NCBI GenBank assembly: GCA_030390025.1
Contig: CM059425.1
Coordinates: 168,952,001 to 169,016,000, forward strand
Origin: Squalus acanthias
Taxonomy: Eukaryota
Length of the DNA: 64,000 bases
Reading direction: 5' to 3'
Each line of letters opens with the position of its first letter. The first letter of the stretch is position 1. This document shows, piece by piece, positions 62,020-64,000 of this stretch. The notes under the pieces were generated by a model. That model was not told the DNA's origin. It did no database searches and worked only from the letters and a program-made list of their open reading frames with translations. The position numbers and the translations under genes are program-made.

Positions 62020-62193
62020 GAAGAGAGCCCCCTGAGTCTGTCTAGCCCAGAGTGTAGTGGTACCTGGATGCATTACACTAGTGGTGTGGGTGCTGGGCGT
62101 CGAAGACGCAGATCAGGGGAACAAATCACTTCTTCCCCTGTCTCCCCCAAATCATTGGCTTTCACATCAAGTATTTTTGGCTCATGGCAACAG
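62020..62193 (+). CDS. PPIP5K2: PPIP5K2 internal coding exon F (penta-arginine motif)
   Basis: ttccag|GAA...CAG|gttttt; 174 nt; [58 protein letters not shown], nearly identical to recalled human PPIP5K2. Confidence 0.94.
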
Positions 62194-62611
62194 GTTTTTC
62201 AATTTTCCTTCATTTTTATGAAAATCGCCATTTTCACTGGTCAAACATTCACAGTAATTCCTCAGGTCTGTCTTAAAAGCCCCTCTTATTAATTTTAACA
62301 TCGACCTCTATAATTATAAAACAATTAACACATCTTTTTAAATTGACAAATTAAGTGGAAATATGATTAGTTATCCTATGTATTCAGACAATATTACATT
62401 AATTTGATTCTAGAACAGTTACTTTTATTTGTAAAACACATTCAGATTTTAATGATCTTTTGCAATTTTGGTGCTTATCCATACAAGAACTTAATATGGT
62501 TGCTGCTCTTGCATTTCTTTATGCTATTCTTTACAGAACTTTGGCAGGTCCGTTCTCTATTAACTTGAATGTTGCAGTACCAATTTCATTGATCAGTATA
62601 TTTGAAAACAT

Positions 62612-62800
62612 TGCGACCGATTTTAACCTAACCCATCCATCGGGAAACTGACGGGATCGGGTGCAACACCAGTTCTACACCCCGCCCGATTTTATTCACT
62701 ATTTAAGTCAATGGAGAGTAATATTGGGCGGTGTGTAAAACCGGCATTCCAAACGATCCTGTGGGTTTCCCACCTGGTGAGTTAGGTTAAAATTACCCCC
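62612..62800. mobile_element. Short MITE
   Basis: TIR attttaacctaac / gttaggttaaaat; internal inverted pairs (acaccccgccc / gggcggtgtgt). Confidence 0.65.
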
Positions 62801-63809
62801 TTTTATGCCCAAACTAGATATAGCTCAGTGGATAGTCTCTTTTAAATAAATACACTGTGAAAAATGGACTGGTAGACTCCTTAGCTGATGACTATGGGTT
62901 TTAGTCGCAGGACTTCCTGTCCTTTTGAAACTCTAACTCAGCCCTGCTCAAAAGCACTTTGGACAATGGAAGATTACAAATCAAGAAGTGGGAAAATCTG
63001 GTATTGCCTGTCTCACTTAAGAACATAAAAATGTGGAATGACAAAAGAGCAATTGGACCATCAAGCCTGTTCCTTCTATTCCATACACCATCCAATCTTA
63101 ACATGAACTTTATCCAACTCGTTTAATCTCCTGACAAAAAGTTCTTGAGTTTCTTTCTTATTCCACCAGGCAGAGGTAAATCAAGCAAAACTAAATTCAC
63201 CTATTTGACCTTGCACCCTATATTACGCTTCCTTGAACAGTTGCCTTTTGGCATCACAAGGCCAAGGTCACAACGGCTCAGGATCCATTATGTTCCATTC
63301 AGCACTCCATCATCTGTATGAACTTAACTTTATAAGCTTGAAACCTGTTTCGAACGAGATAGCCATTCAGCTCTTTTAAAGCTGTAAATAATGCAACGGG
63401 ACCTTTAGGTGGGAACCAGTTACATGTACCCCAATTCTGTACGTGTGGGAGGGGAATAATTCCTTCTAATCTCAAATCCACGCTATTTAGTTCTGTATTC
63501 ATAATCCAAATTAAACAACCTGCTTGCATCTAAATTATCCATTCCTCTGTATTTTAAAAACTTGGATCAGGTGTCCTCCCAGTTGTCTTTCCTGATTGAA
63601 AACGAATAAATTTTACTTTATTTATTTTTTTATTACAATTTTCTCTCCTCCTCTTGAGGATGTTGATTTCTGTTGGGAATACAGTTTCACATTTGCAAGC
63701 AAAATTCTGGTACCTTAACCAAATGGTTGCGCCTCCTATGTGAACCGAGAGTGAACGTTGGCAGCTTATTTGACCTGAGAGCACCACAGCAGAACATAAC
63801 CCCAGATAT

Positions 63810-63810
<1 letters not shown>

Positions 63811-63852
<42 letters not shown>
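63811..63852. repeat. (CA)n microsatellite
   Basis: About 21 CA units. Confidence 0.97.
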
Positions 63853-63854
<2 letters not shown>

Positions 63855-64000
63855 AGGATGGTCCCTGAATAACATACAGGAACCTGTCTGATTTAACTTG
63901 TGATATTAGCATTCTCCCTGATGCCTTCAAATGATTGAGTTCATTTCAGGCCAGAGATGCAACTTTTAGGACCTTTCTGATCTGTGTGGTTTAATACCAC

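Noticed and set aside
61975..62292. 105-aa ORF as a stand-alone gene
   Set aside because: Only 62020-62193 is exon; the flanks are polypyrimidine tract and intron read-through

Overview
This is vertebrate genomic DNA, most likely from a cartilaginous fish (inferred from the repeat families: HE1-like V-SINE, SacSINE-like DeuSINE and abundant CR1/L2 LINEs). The window lies inside one + strand host gene, PPIP5K2 (diphosphoinositol pentakisphosphate kinase 2). Six GT-AG exons splice in frame: 849-976, 7835-7949, 18264-18371, 23774-23890, 45968-46138 and 62020-62193. They encode the end of the histidine-acid-phosphatase domain and the start of the disordered tail, including the RRRRR motif. The gene continues beyond both window edges. 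The introns are dense with nested, decayed transposons: CR1, CR1-Zenon-like, L2, Penelope-like elements, PIF/Harbinger elements and their MITEs, hAT MITEs and SINEs. There is also a 1.7-kb C-rich tract. The most interesting signals are two ~200-bp Penelope-derived palindromic mini-elements with 12- and 15-bp target-site duplications (TSDs), each carrying a complete minimal hammerhead-ribozyme motif at the fold-back axis. Two further Penelope insertions carry a mutated or truncated core. A LINE lacking ORF1 begins with a tRNA-like head that it shares with a bipartite SINE. Exon, TSD and palindrome coordinates were counted base by base. Most other TE boundaries are approximate, and family names come from motif recognition rather than database searches.
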